Assembly (NCBI GenBank): GCA_028356125.1
Contig: JAOMTZ010000008.1
Span: forward strand, 587-64,586
Reading direction: 5' to 3'
DNA from: Candidatus Poseidoniaceae archaeon
Lineage (GTDB): Archaea > Thermoplasmatota > Poseidoniia > Poseidoniales > Poseidoniaceae
Length of the DNA: 64,000 nucleotides
Position numbers and translations under genes: made by a program. The notes beneath the pieces are model-generated. The model saw only the letters and a list, made by a program, of their open reading frames with translations, had not been told where the DNA came from and made no database searches. Positions 34,992 through 42,755 of this stretch are shown one piece after another (position 1 is the first letter of the stretch; every line of letters begins with the position of its first letter).

Positions 34992-35723
34992 ATGAAAAAA
35001 TCATATTTGTTGGTAGGTGGTAGTAGTGATATGGCAATTGTAACTGCTAAAATGCTTCTCAGTGAAGGAAACAGTGTTACAATACTGGCCAGAGATATCT
35101 CTAGAGTTGAAGACATAGCATCGATGGGCGCAAGCATTGTCCAAGGTGACGCTTTAGACCAAGAATCAGTATTGTCTGCATTAGAAGAGGCGTCAACAAA
35201 CGGTGATGGTCAGATTTCAGGAGTTGCTCATTTCGTAGGGTCGATTGTAATTAGACCCCCTCATGCGTTGAAGATTGATGCATTTGAGGAAGTGATCAGA
35301 ACCAACCTTACTAGCGCTTTCTTGACATTGTCATTGGCTGGTAAAAATATGTTGAAATCAGGAGGAGGAAGAATGGTCTTCACATCCAGTGTTGCTGGAA
35401 GCCTTGGTCTGGTGAATCATGAGGCGATTTCTGCAGCAAAGGGTGGAATTGAATCGATGGTCCGCTCTGCTGCAGCGACATATGCAAAGAGAGGAATAAG
35501 GGTGAATGCAGTAGCTCCTGGTCTAACAGACACCAGGCTAGCATCGACCATTTTACGTTCTGATGCCATGAGAGAAGCATCTGCACAAAAGATACCCTTG
35601 AATCGAATAAATGAAGCAGAAGAGATAGCCTCTAGTATCCATTGGTTACTTACAGGGGCACCTGATAATTTCACCGGACAAGTGATGCATCTTGATGGTG
35701 GAATGTCGCAAGTATTGGCTTGA
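34992..35723 (+). CDS. Short-chain dehydrogenase/reductase family protein with an atypical active site
   Basis: SDR blocks MVFTSSVAGS and GIRVNAVAPGLTDT are present. The catalytic YxxxK position reads ISAAK (Tyr replaced by Ile) and the Gly-rich motif is the degenerate GGSSDMA. Confidence 0.85.
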   Translation: MKKSYLLVGGSSDMAIVTAKMLLSEGNSVTILARDISRVEDIASMGASIVQGDALDQESVLSALEEASTNGDGQISGVAHFVGSIVIRPPHALKIDAFEEVIRTNLTSAFLTLSLAGKNMLKSGGGRMVFTSSVAGSLGLVNHEAISAAKGGIESMVRSAAATYAKRGIRVNAVAPGLTDTRLASTILRSDAMREASAQKIPLNRINEAEEIASSIHWLLTGAPDNFTGQVMHLDGGMSQVLA

Positions 35724-35732
35724 GGTGATGAC

Positions 35733-36092
35733 ATGACTTGGCATATTGCAATGAAGGAAAGTAAACTGAAACCTGGTAAGAAGAAAATGCGCACTGTTGC
35801 GAAAAAAATGGTACTTATCGGACAAACCGAAGATGGTTATTTCGCTACTGAAGCGCTGTGCCGGCACATGCGATGGCCACTAGCATATGGCGGGAAAGTG
35901 AAGGACGGATGCATACGCTGTCCTTTGCATCAGACAACTCACCAAATCGATGATGGTGAACTCGTTGAATGGTCCCCGTTTCCTCTATTCCCACCATACG
36001 GAAAATTGGTCGGGAAAATGAGTAAACAGAAAAACCTCAAAGTGTATCCCACCAGAGTTAAAGACGGAAATATCGAAATTGAGATTCAGTAG
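35733..36092 (+). CDS. Small Rieske [2Fe-2S] domain protein
   Basis: C-R-H-x17-C-P-L-H (CRHMRWPLAYGGKVKDGCIRCPLH) is the Rieske ligand pattern. It starts 10 nt after the SDR stop. Confidence 0.8.
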   Translation: MTWHIAMKESKLKPGKKKMRTVAKKMVLIGQTEDGYFATEALCRHMRWPLAYGGKVKDGCIRCPLHQTTHQIDDGELVEWSPFPLFPPYGKLVGKMSKQKNLKVYPTRVKDGNIEIEIQ

Positions 36093-36201
36093 AACCGTTT
36101 AGTAAATCAGTTAACATTAGTGGCATAGAATAATCTCTACCAACTTAAAAATGTGAACCATTATCCGTTCATCTTAAACATAAAAAGGCACTGGAAAATT
36201 C

Positions 36202-36549
36202 ATGCCAGTAATAGATGCATACAACAAAGCCTGGGAAAACGGAGATGTCGAGGAACTTGAGAAACTCATCCACGATGACTGTGTGTTCAATCCACACGTC
36301 GGAGGTATGACTATGAGCAAGTCCGATATTTTGGGATTCGTTAGTGGTGGAAACACCCCTACTTCAGAAAACAACCGAATTCTGTTTGAGAACGATGAAG
36401 TTGGAGTTGCTCATTCAATTGTTCACTTCGCAAATGGTTCAGATTCAGAAGCAGTCATGTCGTTTATGAAATTCAAAGATGGTCAAATCATTTCAATGGA
36501 AACCGGTGCTACGCCAATTTCTCCTGATTACAAGTTAATCGGAAACTGA
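36202..36549 (+). CDS. NTF2-like / SnoaL-like small protein
   Basis: N-terminal YNKAWENGDVEELEKLIHDDCVF is typical of SnoaL/DUF4440-type NTF2 folds. The size is 115 aa. Confidence 0.65.
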   Translation: MPVIDAYNKAWENGDVEELEKLIHDDCVFNPHVGGMTMSKSDILGFVSGGNTPTSENNRILFENDEVGVAHSIVHFANGSDSEAVMSFMKFKDGQIISMETGATPISPDYKLIGN

Positions 36550-36615
36550 CATCGGATCTAGTTTGGGCATGGGAATATTCATGGATAATACATCGTAATC
36601 GGAATGGTGTCATAA

Positions 36616-36996
36616 ATGACATTTGATTCAGAGTACGAACCCTTTTTCCAACCACCTGGCTGGATTGTAGGGCCTGTGTGGGCTGTACTTTACACTTGTA
36701 TTGCAATTAGTTTCTTTATGGTTTTAAGCAGAAGAAGTGAAATAAATTATTCTAATATTGCAATCGCATTATTCCTTACGCAACTTGCTGTGAATCTAGC
36801 TTGGCCTTCCGTCTTTAACGATACCAAATATCTCCAGTCGTTAGTAATGATAGTTGTAATGATTGTATTTTCAACAATCTATGCCTATCTGATATACGAT
36901 ACAGAACCAAATGCGTCTTACCTAATTTGGCCATACATTGTCTGGGTTACCTTTGCAGGAATGATCAATGCTGCTTACTATCTAGAATCTAGTTGA
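36616..36996 (+). CDS. tspO: TspO/MBR (tryptophan-rich sensory protein) family, N-terminally short form
   Basis: FQPPGWIVGPVWAVLYTCIA and LAVNLAWPSVFF match TspO TM2/TM3 signatures. An in-frame TAA lies immediately upstream of the ATG, so the usual TM1 is absent. Confidence 0.8.
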   Translation: MTFDSEYEPFFQPPGWIVGPVWAVLYTCIAISFFMVLSRRSEINYSNIAIALFLTQLAVNLAWPSVFNDTKYLQSLVMIVVMIVFSTIYAYLIYDTEPNASYLIWPYIVWVTFAGMINAAYYLESS

Positions 36997-36999
36997 ATT

Positions 37000-38073
37000 T
37001 CAAGAATCCATTTTCACGATGCATTTACCCTTTGCTCTACCTGAGAATGATTTGTTGAATGCACCAACCCATCCATTCTCTTGGTCTTCAGAATTGAAAT
37101 CCCACTCGTTGTCCAGAACAGCCTTAATTGTACCATCTGTAAGGTGACCTGCAAGTTCTGTGAGGTCTTTTTTGCTAGGTGAAAGGAACAGATAGGTCCA
37201 ATCTGCATTGATTGCTTTAGCAGCTTTGAACTCCTTGCGCTTCTCTCTCCTCTTCAAGAATAACTTGAGGATCCAAGCAGTTCCTCCGATTCTCCTTATT
37301 TCATCCAAGGTTGGCATCCCTGAGATCGAAACAATCTTTCCACCCGATTTGATGATATTTGTCATCTCAAGACTCTCTGCAGTTGTATCGAAACAAACAT
37401 CGAACTTCTTGTCATCAGTTCCATAAACAGATACAAAGTTTTCAGATTTGTAATCTAGGACTTCATCTGCACCTAGGGTTTTGCACAAATCAGCCTTTTC
37501 TCCTTTTGATGCGGTAGTAACCACGCGTCCTGCTTTGAATACGTGCTTTGCTAATTGAATGGCCATTGTACCAACTCCACCGGCTCCTCCTGAGATGAAG
37601 ATGGAACCTCCTTCTTTCAATCCGGATGTCTTCAGTACCTGTAGTGCAGTCATTCCTACTAGTGGAATTGATGCGGCTTCTTCAAAACTGATATTTTCCG
37701 GTTTAGTGACTACATTGGAGGTATGCGCAACACAATATTCTGCCATCGAGCCTCTGAACCACGGAGTCTTCTTACCATCGCTTACATCTCCAAATAGACG
37801 AGCAAATACAGGCTGTCCTACAGAAAAAACTCCTTTATTATCGGCTTCTTCAACAACTCCTGCAACATCATAACAGATTACATGAGGGAATTCAGCAACT
37901 GGTCTAACCATTTTCAAGTCCCCTGACAGAAGGGCCTTATCTACCGGATTAATCGCTGATGCGTGAACCTTGATTACTACATTTACCGCTGTATCAAACC
38001 CATGAGGGTAGGCAACATCCACCTTTTTGAGATTAGCAGGATTGCCGTATTTACTGAATGCGATCGCCTTCAT
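37000..38073 (-). CDS. Zinc-independent medium-chain dehydrogenase/reductase (NADPH:quinone oxidoreductase-like)
   Basis: MKAIAFSKYG...VKVHASAINPVD...GGAGGVGTMAIQLAK (nucleotide-binding). ATG 38073 gives the typical N-terminus; the track start is 38100. Confidence 0.9.
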   Translation of the reverse strand: MKAIAFSKYGNPANLKKVDVAYPHGFDTAVNVVIKVHASAINPVDKALLSGDLKMVRPVAEFPHVICYDVAGVVEEADNKGVFSVGQPVFARLFGDVSDGKKTPWFRGSMAEYCVAHTSNVVTKPENISFEEAASIPLVGMTALQVLKTSGLKEGGSIFISGGAGGVGTMAIQLAKHVFKAGRVVTTASKGEKADLCKTLGADEVLDYKSENFVSVYGTDDKKFDVCFDTTAESLEMTNIIKSGGKIVSISGMPTLDEIRRIGGTAWILKLFLKRREKRKEFKAAKAINADWTYLFLSPSKKDLTELAGHLTDGTIKAVLDNEWDFNSEDQENGWVGAFNKSFSGRAKGKCIVKMDS

Positions 38074-38154
38074 TGTTCTTCCACTAGAATTAGTCTTCAT
38101 TGTGTTGGCCTAAGACCCTCTCTACATAAGGCGGTGAGTGTCACAGGTGGCTTC

Positions 38155-38197
38155 TTGTAACAATGTTGTAACTTGTGTCTTGATAACAAAATGTAAC
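38155..38197. promoter_or_regulatory. Three (T/A)TGTAAC direct repeats in the divergent quinone-oxidoreductase/HxlR intergenic region; candidate operator
   Basis: Read directly: TTGTAAC at 38155-38161 and 38166-38172 (11-bp spacing), TGTAAC at 38192-38197. Confidence 0.25.
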
Positions 38198-38208
38198 CAC
38201 CAAGGGAC

Positions 38209-38565
38209 ATGTCCGCTGAACAATCGCAACGTATGATGTCAATGTGTGAATCTGCAAGAGTTCATGTTGACGAATTACTTGTTGTTTTAGCAAAGTCGAA
38301 GATGCTTAACATTCTTTACATCCTTAATTGTGATACAAAGCCCTTGAGGTTCTCAGAAATCAAAAGGCGGGTAAATTCCTCATCTACCACGGTAACTCGC
38401 AGATTAGGGGAGTTGGAAAAGCACGACCTTGTTACCAGGACAGTATTCCCTACAGTTCCTACAACCGTTGAGTATTCTCTTACTAAAGCAGGAATCGCCT
38501 TACAGCCAAGCTTGGAATCGCTATTTGATTGGGTACTCGACTTTGCAGACGAATCGCAAAACTAA
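38209..38565 (+). CDS. HxlR-family transcriptional regulator
   Basis: LRFSEIKRRVNSSSTTVTRRLGELEKHDLVTRTVFPTVPTTVEYSLTKAG is a canonical HxlR wHTH. It is divergent from an oxidoreductase, which is a typical pairing. Confidence 0.88.
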   Translation: MSAEQSQRMMSMCESARVHVDELLVVLAKSKMLNILYILNCDTKPLRFSEIKRRVNSSSTTVTRRLGELEKHDLVTRTVFPTVPTTVEYSLTKAGIALQPSLESLFDWVLDFADESQN

Positions 38566-38567
38566 TC

Positions 38568-39530
38568 TCAAACTCTTGCCATCAATCCCATATTCATTGG
38601 AATTGGTGCAATGAAGTTCTTGTGAATTGGGTTGTTAGCATCATTTCTGTTGATGTGATGGCTTAGAAGAATCATTGCGGCGGATCTTGGTAGCAGCCCT
38701 TTCCTGAATTGGTGGATAACTTCTACGATCTCTTTCTTGTCTTGCTTTGTCATGTTTGGTAGTTTCCCAACGACTCTCTCCATAGCGTGAGCGATTCGTC
38801 CGCGCTTGGTTAGTACGGACAAGCCCTTCTGTGCTTCTGTCATATACTTCAGAGCCACAGATTCTGGATGCTCGTCGTTATCGAATCCTTGTGCGATTAT
38901 TCTTCCTAGGGTTCTCTTTACATCTGGAGCGCGGCTCAGTAAGAACAACTTGTGTTCTGCATGGAATTGCATAATTTTTTGTGCAGTCCAGCCTTCTTCA
39001 CCGATTGTTTGCCATTCACTGAAAAAGTGTACGCGGGCGAGGAAATGCTCTGCTTGTAGTGGGTCTGTCAATCGACCTTCCTCGATTACTGGAATGTGGG
39101 GGTATAACGTGGTGAATACCTTTGCAAACATGCCAACACCATCTCGGACTGCTTGCGGGTTATCACCACGATATACCTTAACTCGCTCAAGACCACAGCT
39201 TGGTGAATCCTTCTTGAACACGAATCCACTAATACCGACCGACATTAGATAATCAGATTGAATCTCTGAATACTCTAGCATCTTATCAGTGAAATCTTCA
39301 CCGTTCTTTGGGTTCACTAGCGAAATTCTCTCTTCACCTTTGACTAGCCTGATGGTTGGACGTGGCACCCCCATGCCGATTCCAACTTCAGGGCAGACTC
39401 CGATCAATTCGAGGTGTTCGCTCCAAACTCTGTTGAGCACCCTAAACTCTGCTGCATCGCCATTATAGCGAACTTTCTTTCCAAGTAGACATGCTGATAC
39501 TGCGAGTTTAGGCTTACTAGACATATCCAT
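38568..39530 (-). CDS. DUF523 (TudS-like thiouracil desulfidase) fused to DUF1722 (YbgA-like)
   Basis: N-terminal KLAVSACLLGKKVRYNGD and later Cys residues fit DUF523. The C-terminal helical half fits the YbgA/DUF1722 arrangement. Confidence 0.85.
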   Translation of the reverse strand: MDMSSKPKLAVSACLLGKKVRYNGDAAEFRVLNRVWSEHLELIGVCPEVGIGMGVPRPTIRLVKGEERISLVNPKNGEDFTDKMLEYSEIQSDYLMSVGISGFVFKKDSPSCGLERVKVYRGDNPQAVRDGVGMFAKVFTTLYPHIPVIEEGRLTDPLQAEHFLARVHFFSEWQTIGEEGWTAQKIMQFHAEHKLFLLSRAPDVKRTLGRIIAQGFDNDEHPESVALKYMTEAQKGLSVLTKRGRIAHAMERVVGKLPNMTKQDKKEIVEVIHQFRKGLLPRSAAMILLSHHINRNDANNPIHKNFIAPIPMNMGLMARV

Positions 39531-39575
39531 ATCCTTAGTGGGTGAGTATATGAAAGCCCGTTTTTCTCAACGAAT

Positions 39576-40391
39576 TTATTCGATGCAATATGGGCAAGAA
39601 ACTCCACGTACGAACTCTGGGCTCTGCGCTTGTTCAGGAGTTAATGGCTCTCTGCAAGCCCAGCAAACCTCGGAATCTGTAACGCTAAGATCGCCTAAGA
39701 CTCCTACTCTCCTGTCGAACACGAAGCACTCTCCATCCCAGTGCGCTCCACCAGTCTTTTCGAAATAGTTCAGGATTCCACCATTGATTTGGTAGACTTC
39801 CTCATAACCTTCGTTTAGCATTACCACGCTTGCCTTCTCGCAACGAATACCGCCTGTGCAGAACATTACTACTGGCTTATCCTTTGGAATATCACATTCC
39901 TCTACCGCCTTAGGGAATGCTCGGAAACTTTCGATATCGAAATCAACAGCTCCCTCAAAGGTCCCCATTCTAACTTCGTAGTCATTACGCGTGTCGAGAA
40001 TTGTAACTTCTTTTCCTTCATCTAGCCATTGTTTGAACACTTCAGGGTCGATGTGCGTCCCAGTATATTCGTGAGGCTTTACAGTAGGAACTCCCATCGA
40101 GATGATCTCTTTCTTCAGGCGGACATTCATCTTTCTAAATGCGCATTCATCGGACTCAGAGTACTTGACCCAGATGTCCTCAAACCTAGAATCCGACTTT
40201 ATGTGTTCGACAAAAATGTCGATTTTATCTCTTGGTGCTGATAGGAATATGTTGATTCCCTCTGGTGACAAAAGAATGGTGCCATAGATTCCATGAGAAT
40301 CGCAAAACTCCTTCAGTGGCGCTCTTAGTTCTTCGAATTTCGGCATATCAAGAAACTTGTATGCTGAAATGTTAGTCCACATTGAACTCAC
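39576..40391 (-). CDS. trhO: Rhodanese-domain protein TrhO/YceA (UPF0176, tRNA U34 hydroxylase family)
   Basis: ISAYKFLDMP...GTILLSPEGINIF, rhodanese active-site loop FCTGGIRCEKAS, C-terminal CWAC...CPYC. Confidence 0.88.
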   Translation of the reverse strand: MSSMWTNISAYKFLDMPKFEELRAPLKEFCDSHGIYGTILLSPEGINIFLSAPRDKIDIFVEHIKSDSRFEDIWVKYSESDECAFRKMNVRLKKEIISMGVPTVKPHEYTGTHIDPEVFKQWLDEGKEVTILDTRNDYEVRMGTFEGAVDFDIESFRAFPKAVEECDIPKDKPVVMFCTGGIRCEKASVVMLNEGYEEVYQINGGILNYFEKTGGAHWDGECFVFDRRVGVLGDLSVTDSEVCWACREPLTPEQAQSPEFVRGVSCPYCIE

Positions 40392-40392
40392 C

Positions 40393-40755
40393 TCAAGCGG
40401 ATTTTACGCCTTCAGGCCATAGAACTAGAATCAGGGTTTTCCCTCTTGTTCTTGGTGTGTGAGTAGTTTCTCTATTCATCCAGACAATTGAGCCTTGAGG
40501 ATATGTGCCGTCTTCGTCCCAAACCTCTCCTTCGAGGACGATGTAGCATTCTCCACCAGGATGGCTGTGAGGCATGAATGCATCCACTTCTACCTCCGAA
40601 TTGGCTTCATACAGTACTAGTGATGTTTTTTCTTCCCGCTTTAGTTTGCCCAATCGGACACCAGTCCCGAAATCTCGCCAGGAAATATTCTCCTCAAGCC
40701 ACTCGCGGTCAATGCTCATGCTGAGCCAATCAGATAGTCCGTGCCAGAAGGGCAT
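40393..40755 (-). CDS. Cupin-domain protein (ChrR-like cupin)
   Basis: Cupin metal motif HSHPGGECYIVLEGEV...VWMNRETTHTP. It ends 1 nt before the trhO start. The track's alternative start is GTG 40773. Confidence 0.75.
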   Translation of the reverse strand: MPFWHGLSDWLSMSIDREWLEENISWRDFGTGVRLGKLKREEKTSLVLYEANSEVEVDAFMPHSHPGGECYIVLEGEVWDEDGTYPQGSIVWMNRETTHTPRTRGKTLILVLWPEGVKSA

Positions 40756-40839
40756 GTTAACCCGAATGAACACCCCATGTTTAGTATTGTGATAGCCAAA
40801 TAGTCATTTAGGAGTATAATATACCCCCTATTGGTCAGG

Positions 40840-41184
40840 ATGAGAAAACAACGTGATTTACCGGTTACAATGTATCGAATTTTACTCTATATCTCCAGAA
40901 TGAAAAACGCTGAAGATGACTCTCGCCGCCTTGTCAGGATAGAGAGAGCTACAGGAATCGATCGTAAAGAATTACGCAATTACCTAGAAAAAATGGAGGC
41001 TAATGAGTTACTTGAGTCGGTAGAATCTGGTAAGAAAGGACGCGGCGGGCATCCAATTATTTGTTGGAATATCACTGAGTCGGGAAGAATGTGGCGTTCT
41101 GATCTTGGAAGATTCATTCAGCTAGGGCAAAGATTAGAATTCTATCCCGAGTCATTCTTTTATCTTCCCTCAGACGGATTTTAG
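40840..41184 (+). CDS. Small winged-helix DNA-binding protein
   Basis: LVRIERATGIDRKELRNYLEKMEANELLESV followed by a beta-hairpin-like GGHPIICWNITESG. An AT-rich TATA-like element (AGTATAATATA) lies upstream. Confidence 0.6.
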   Translation: MRKQRDLPVTMYRILLYISRMKNAEDDSRRLVRIERATGIDRKELRNYLEKMEANELLESVESGKKGRGGHPIICWNITESGRMWRSDLGRFIQLGQRLEFYPESFFYLPSDGF

Positions 41185-41237
41185 GTGGTTCTTTTACCCC
41201 CTATACTCTTCCTCTTCTGTATATATCATGCACCGAC

Positions 41238-41537
41238 ATGGGAGGTTTCATGGCGGACAAGAAGAACCCGGTTGACAAGACAACCAAAGGCCTCAGTTCA
41301 TTGATTGATGAATTTACCAGTTCTATCAAGGAATTAGTAAATGCAGGTGAGGAGACTGTTATTCATTTAGCAGTCGGAGGCGGCAGAGCAATATCTGCCG
41401 TTGTGGATGCTACTGGTACAGTAACAAAAGTAGCAGTTGAAACCGCAACCAATGTTGTTGGAGCAGTAGGCGGGGGAGCTTATCGAGCCGTAAAAAATCT
41501 AAGCAAAGATAAAACAAAAAAGGAGGAAGATGAATGA
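41238..41537 (+). CDS. Hypothetical 99-aa Gly/Ala/Val-rich protein
   Basis: Track ORF. ATGA overlap with the next ORF, and the AGGAGGA Shine-Dalgarno for the next gene is embedded at 41521. I recognised no family. Confidence 0.5.
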   Translation: MGGFMADKKNPVDKTTKGLSSLIDEFTSSIKELVNAGEETVIHLAVGGGRAISAVVDATGTVTKVAVETATNVVGAVGGGAYRAVKNLSKDKTKKEEDE

Positions 41538-41722
41538 TAGGAAAAACATTGATGCTAACATTAAGCGTTGCAGTTGCAGGATTTGTAGCAGGTGCAGCGA
41601 CAAGTGGTTTCAAGCATTATTACAACAGATTTGCAGATGAAGAAGATCTAAACGACGGTACGATAAACAAAGTGATTATTGTAGCTGACGAAACTAAGAA
41701 AACCAGGGGGCGAAAGAAATGA
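41534..41722 (+). CDS. Hypothetical 62-aa single-TM protein
   Basis: Track ORF. N-terminal TM helix LMLTLSVAVAGFVAGAATSGF and a basic C-terminus. ATGA overlaps on both sides. Confidence 0.5.
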   Translation: MIGKTLMLTLSVAVAGFVAGAATSGFKHYYNRFADEEDLNDGTINKVIIVADETKKTRGRKK

Positions 41723-41898
41723 TTCCTTTGATATCAGGTGCGTTTAGTTTACTTTCAACGACAGTAAATGCTGTCAGCATTGGAGCTACTGCCGGAATGA
41801 CTTACGGATTAGGTCGTAAATACGGACGTAAGATTTGTGAACTTGCAGATAACATTGAAGGACGTGCCATGAACTTCATCGCTCAAACATCTGAGTAA
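41719..41898 (+). CDS. Hypothetical 59-aa Gly-zipper-like mini-protein, not in the supplied track because it is under 60 aa
   Basis: My translation: MIPLISGAFSLLSTTVNAVSIGATAGMTYGLGRKYGRKICELADNIEGRAMNFIAQTSE. ATG 41719 overlaps the previous stop (ATGA), AGGGGG lies 10 nt upstream, and the stop is TAA 41896-41898. Confidence 0.4.
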   Translation: MIPLISGAFSLLSTTVNAVSIGATAGMTYGLGRKYGRKICELADNIEGRAMNFIAQTSE

Positions 41899-41927
41899 TT
41901 CAAAAACCGGCTACCAATGGGATATTC

Positions 41928-42722
41928 GTGATCGAAGCAATTTCATTACCAACATTTCCTCCTGGGAATGTTTGGGACCTGTACATATTGTTCCTTTTAC
42001 TACCGTTTTTGATGAGGGCTGTGTTATTGGCAAGACCCTTTTATCGTGTAGTTAAACAGCTTTCACCACATGGTGGTTGGTTGTTAAAAAGAGTACGTGA
42101 ACTACCAATAAAGGGCTTAGGAATTATCGCATTTAATGAGGTGATGGCATTTTGTCTTCCAATAATTTTGGTTCTTGTTCTCAGAATGTTTTCGAACAGT
42201 CTTGGCTGGGATAATTGGGGAAGTACACCGATTGTGGGTTTAGCAATCTTGATTGTTTTAGGATTATTTTGGATTCTGTTTGATCTAATTCGCATTGCTC
42301 GTATTAGGAGAATGCTGAAGGCAATTGAAAAACAAAATATTGCGAAATTGCGAAAGGTTGCAGATGCAGGATTTGGGATTCGAAGTTGGTTGAACAAATT
42401 TTCTAAAAAAGAAGAAACTGATGCCGACAAGGCGAAAAGAGCCAGTAAATCAGTTGGCAAGAAAATTGGATTAGCACTTTGGAGTGCGAGAAAGGTAACC
42501 CCTGGCGGCCTAGTAGCTGCTGTTGCAACAGGAGCGGCAATTGAAGCCGCTAGAGTTGGTGCTGGCAAAGTTACTGATATGATCGATGAGAAGATGCAGG
42601 ACGAATTCGATAAAATAGCTAAATCAAATACCAACACTTTGATACAATTATTTGCTAGAGATTTCCTGATGGGAATTGCTCCATTACTCGCATTGTGGCT
42701 TATTCCAGCGCTATTACCTTGA
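41928..42722 (+). CDS. Hypothetical multi-pass membrane protein (264 aa) with a Lys-rich amphipathic and Gly/Ala-rich C-terminal half
   Basis: Track ORF with a GTG start. Several clear TM helices. Composition (K/E/D rich loops) matches neighbouring genes, unlike the antisense 258-aa ORF. Confidence 0.6.
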   Translation: MIEAISLPTFPPGNVWDLYILFLLLPFLMRAVLLARPFYRVVKQLSPHGGWLLKRVRELPIKGLGIIAFNEVMAFCLPIILVLVLRMFSNSLGWDNWGSTPIVGLAILIVLGLFWILFDLIRIARIRRMLKAIEKQNIAKLRKVADAGFGIRSWLNKFSKKEETDADKAKRASKSVGKKIGLALWSARKVTPGGLVAAVATGAAIEAARVGAGKVTDMIDEKMQDEFDKIAKSNTNTLIQLFARDFLMGIAPLLALWLIPALLP

Positions 42723-42755
42723 GAAGGTTGAAGGGGCATAGGCTCGCCCCTAGGA

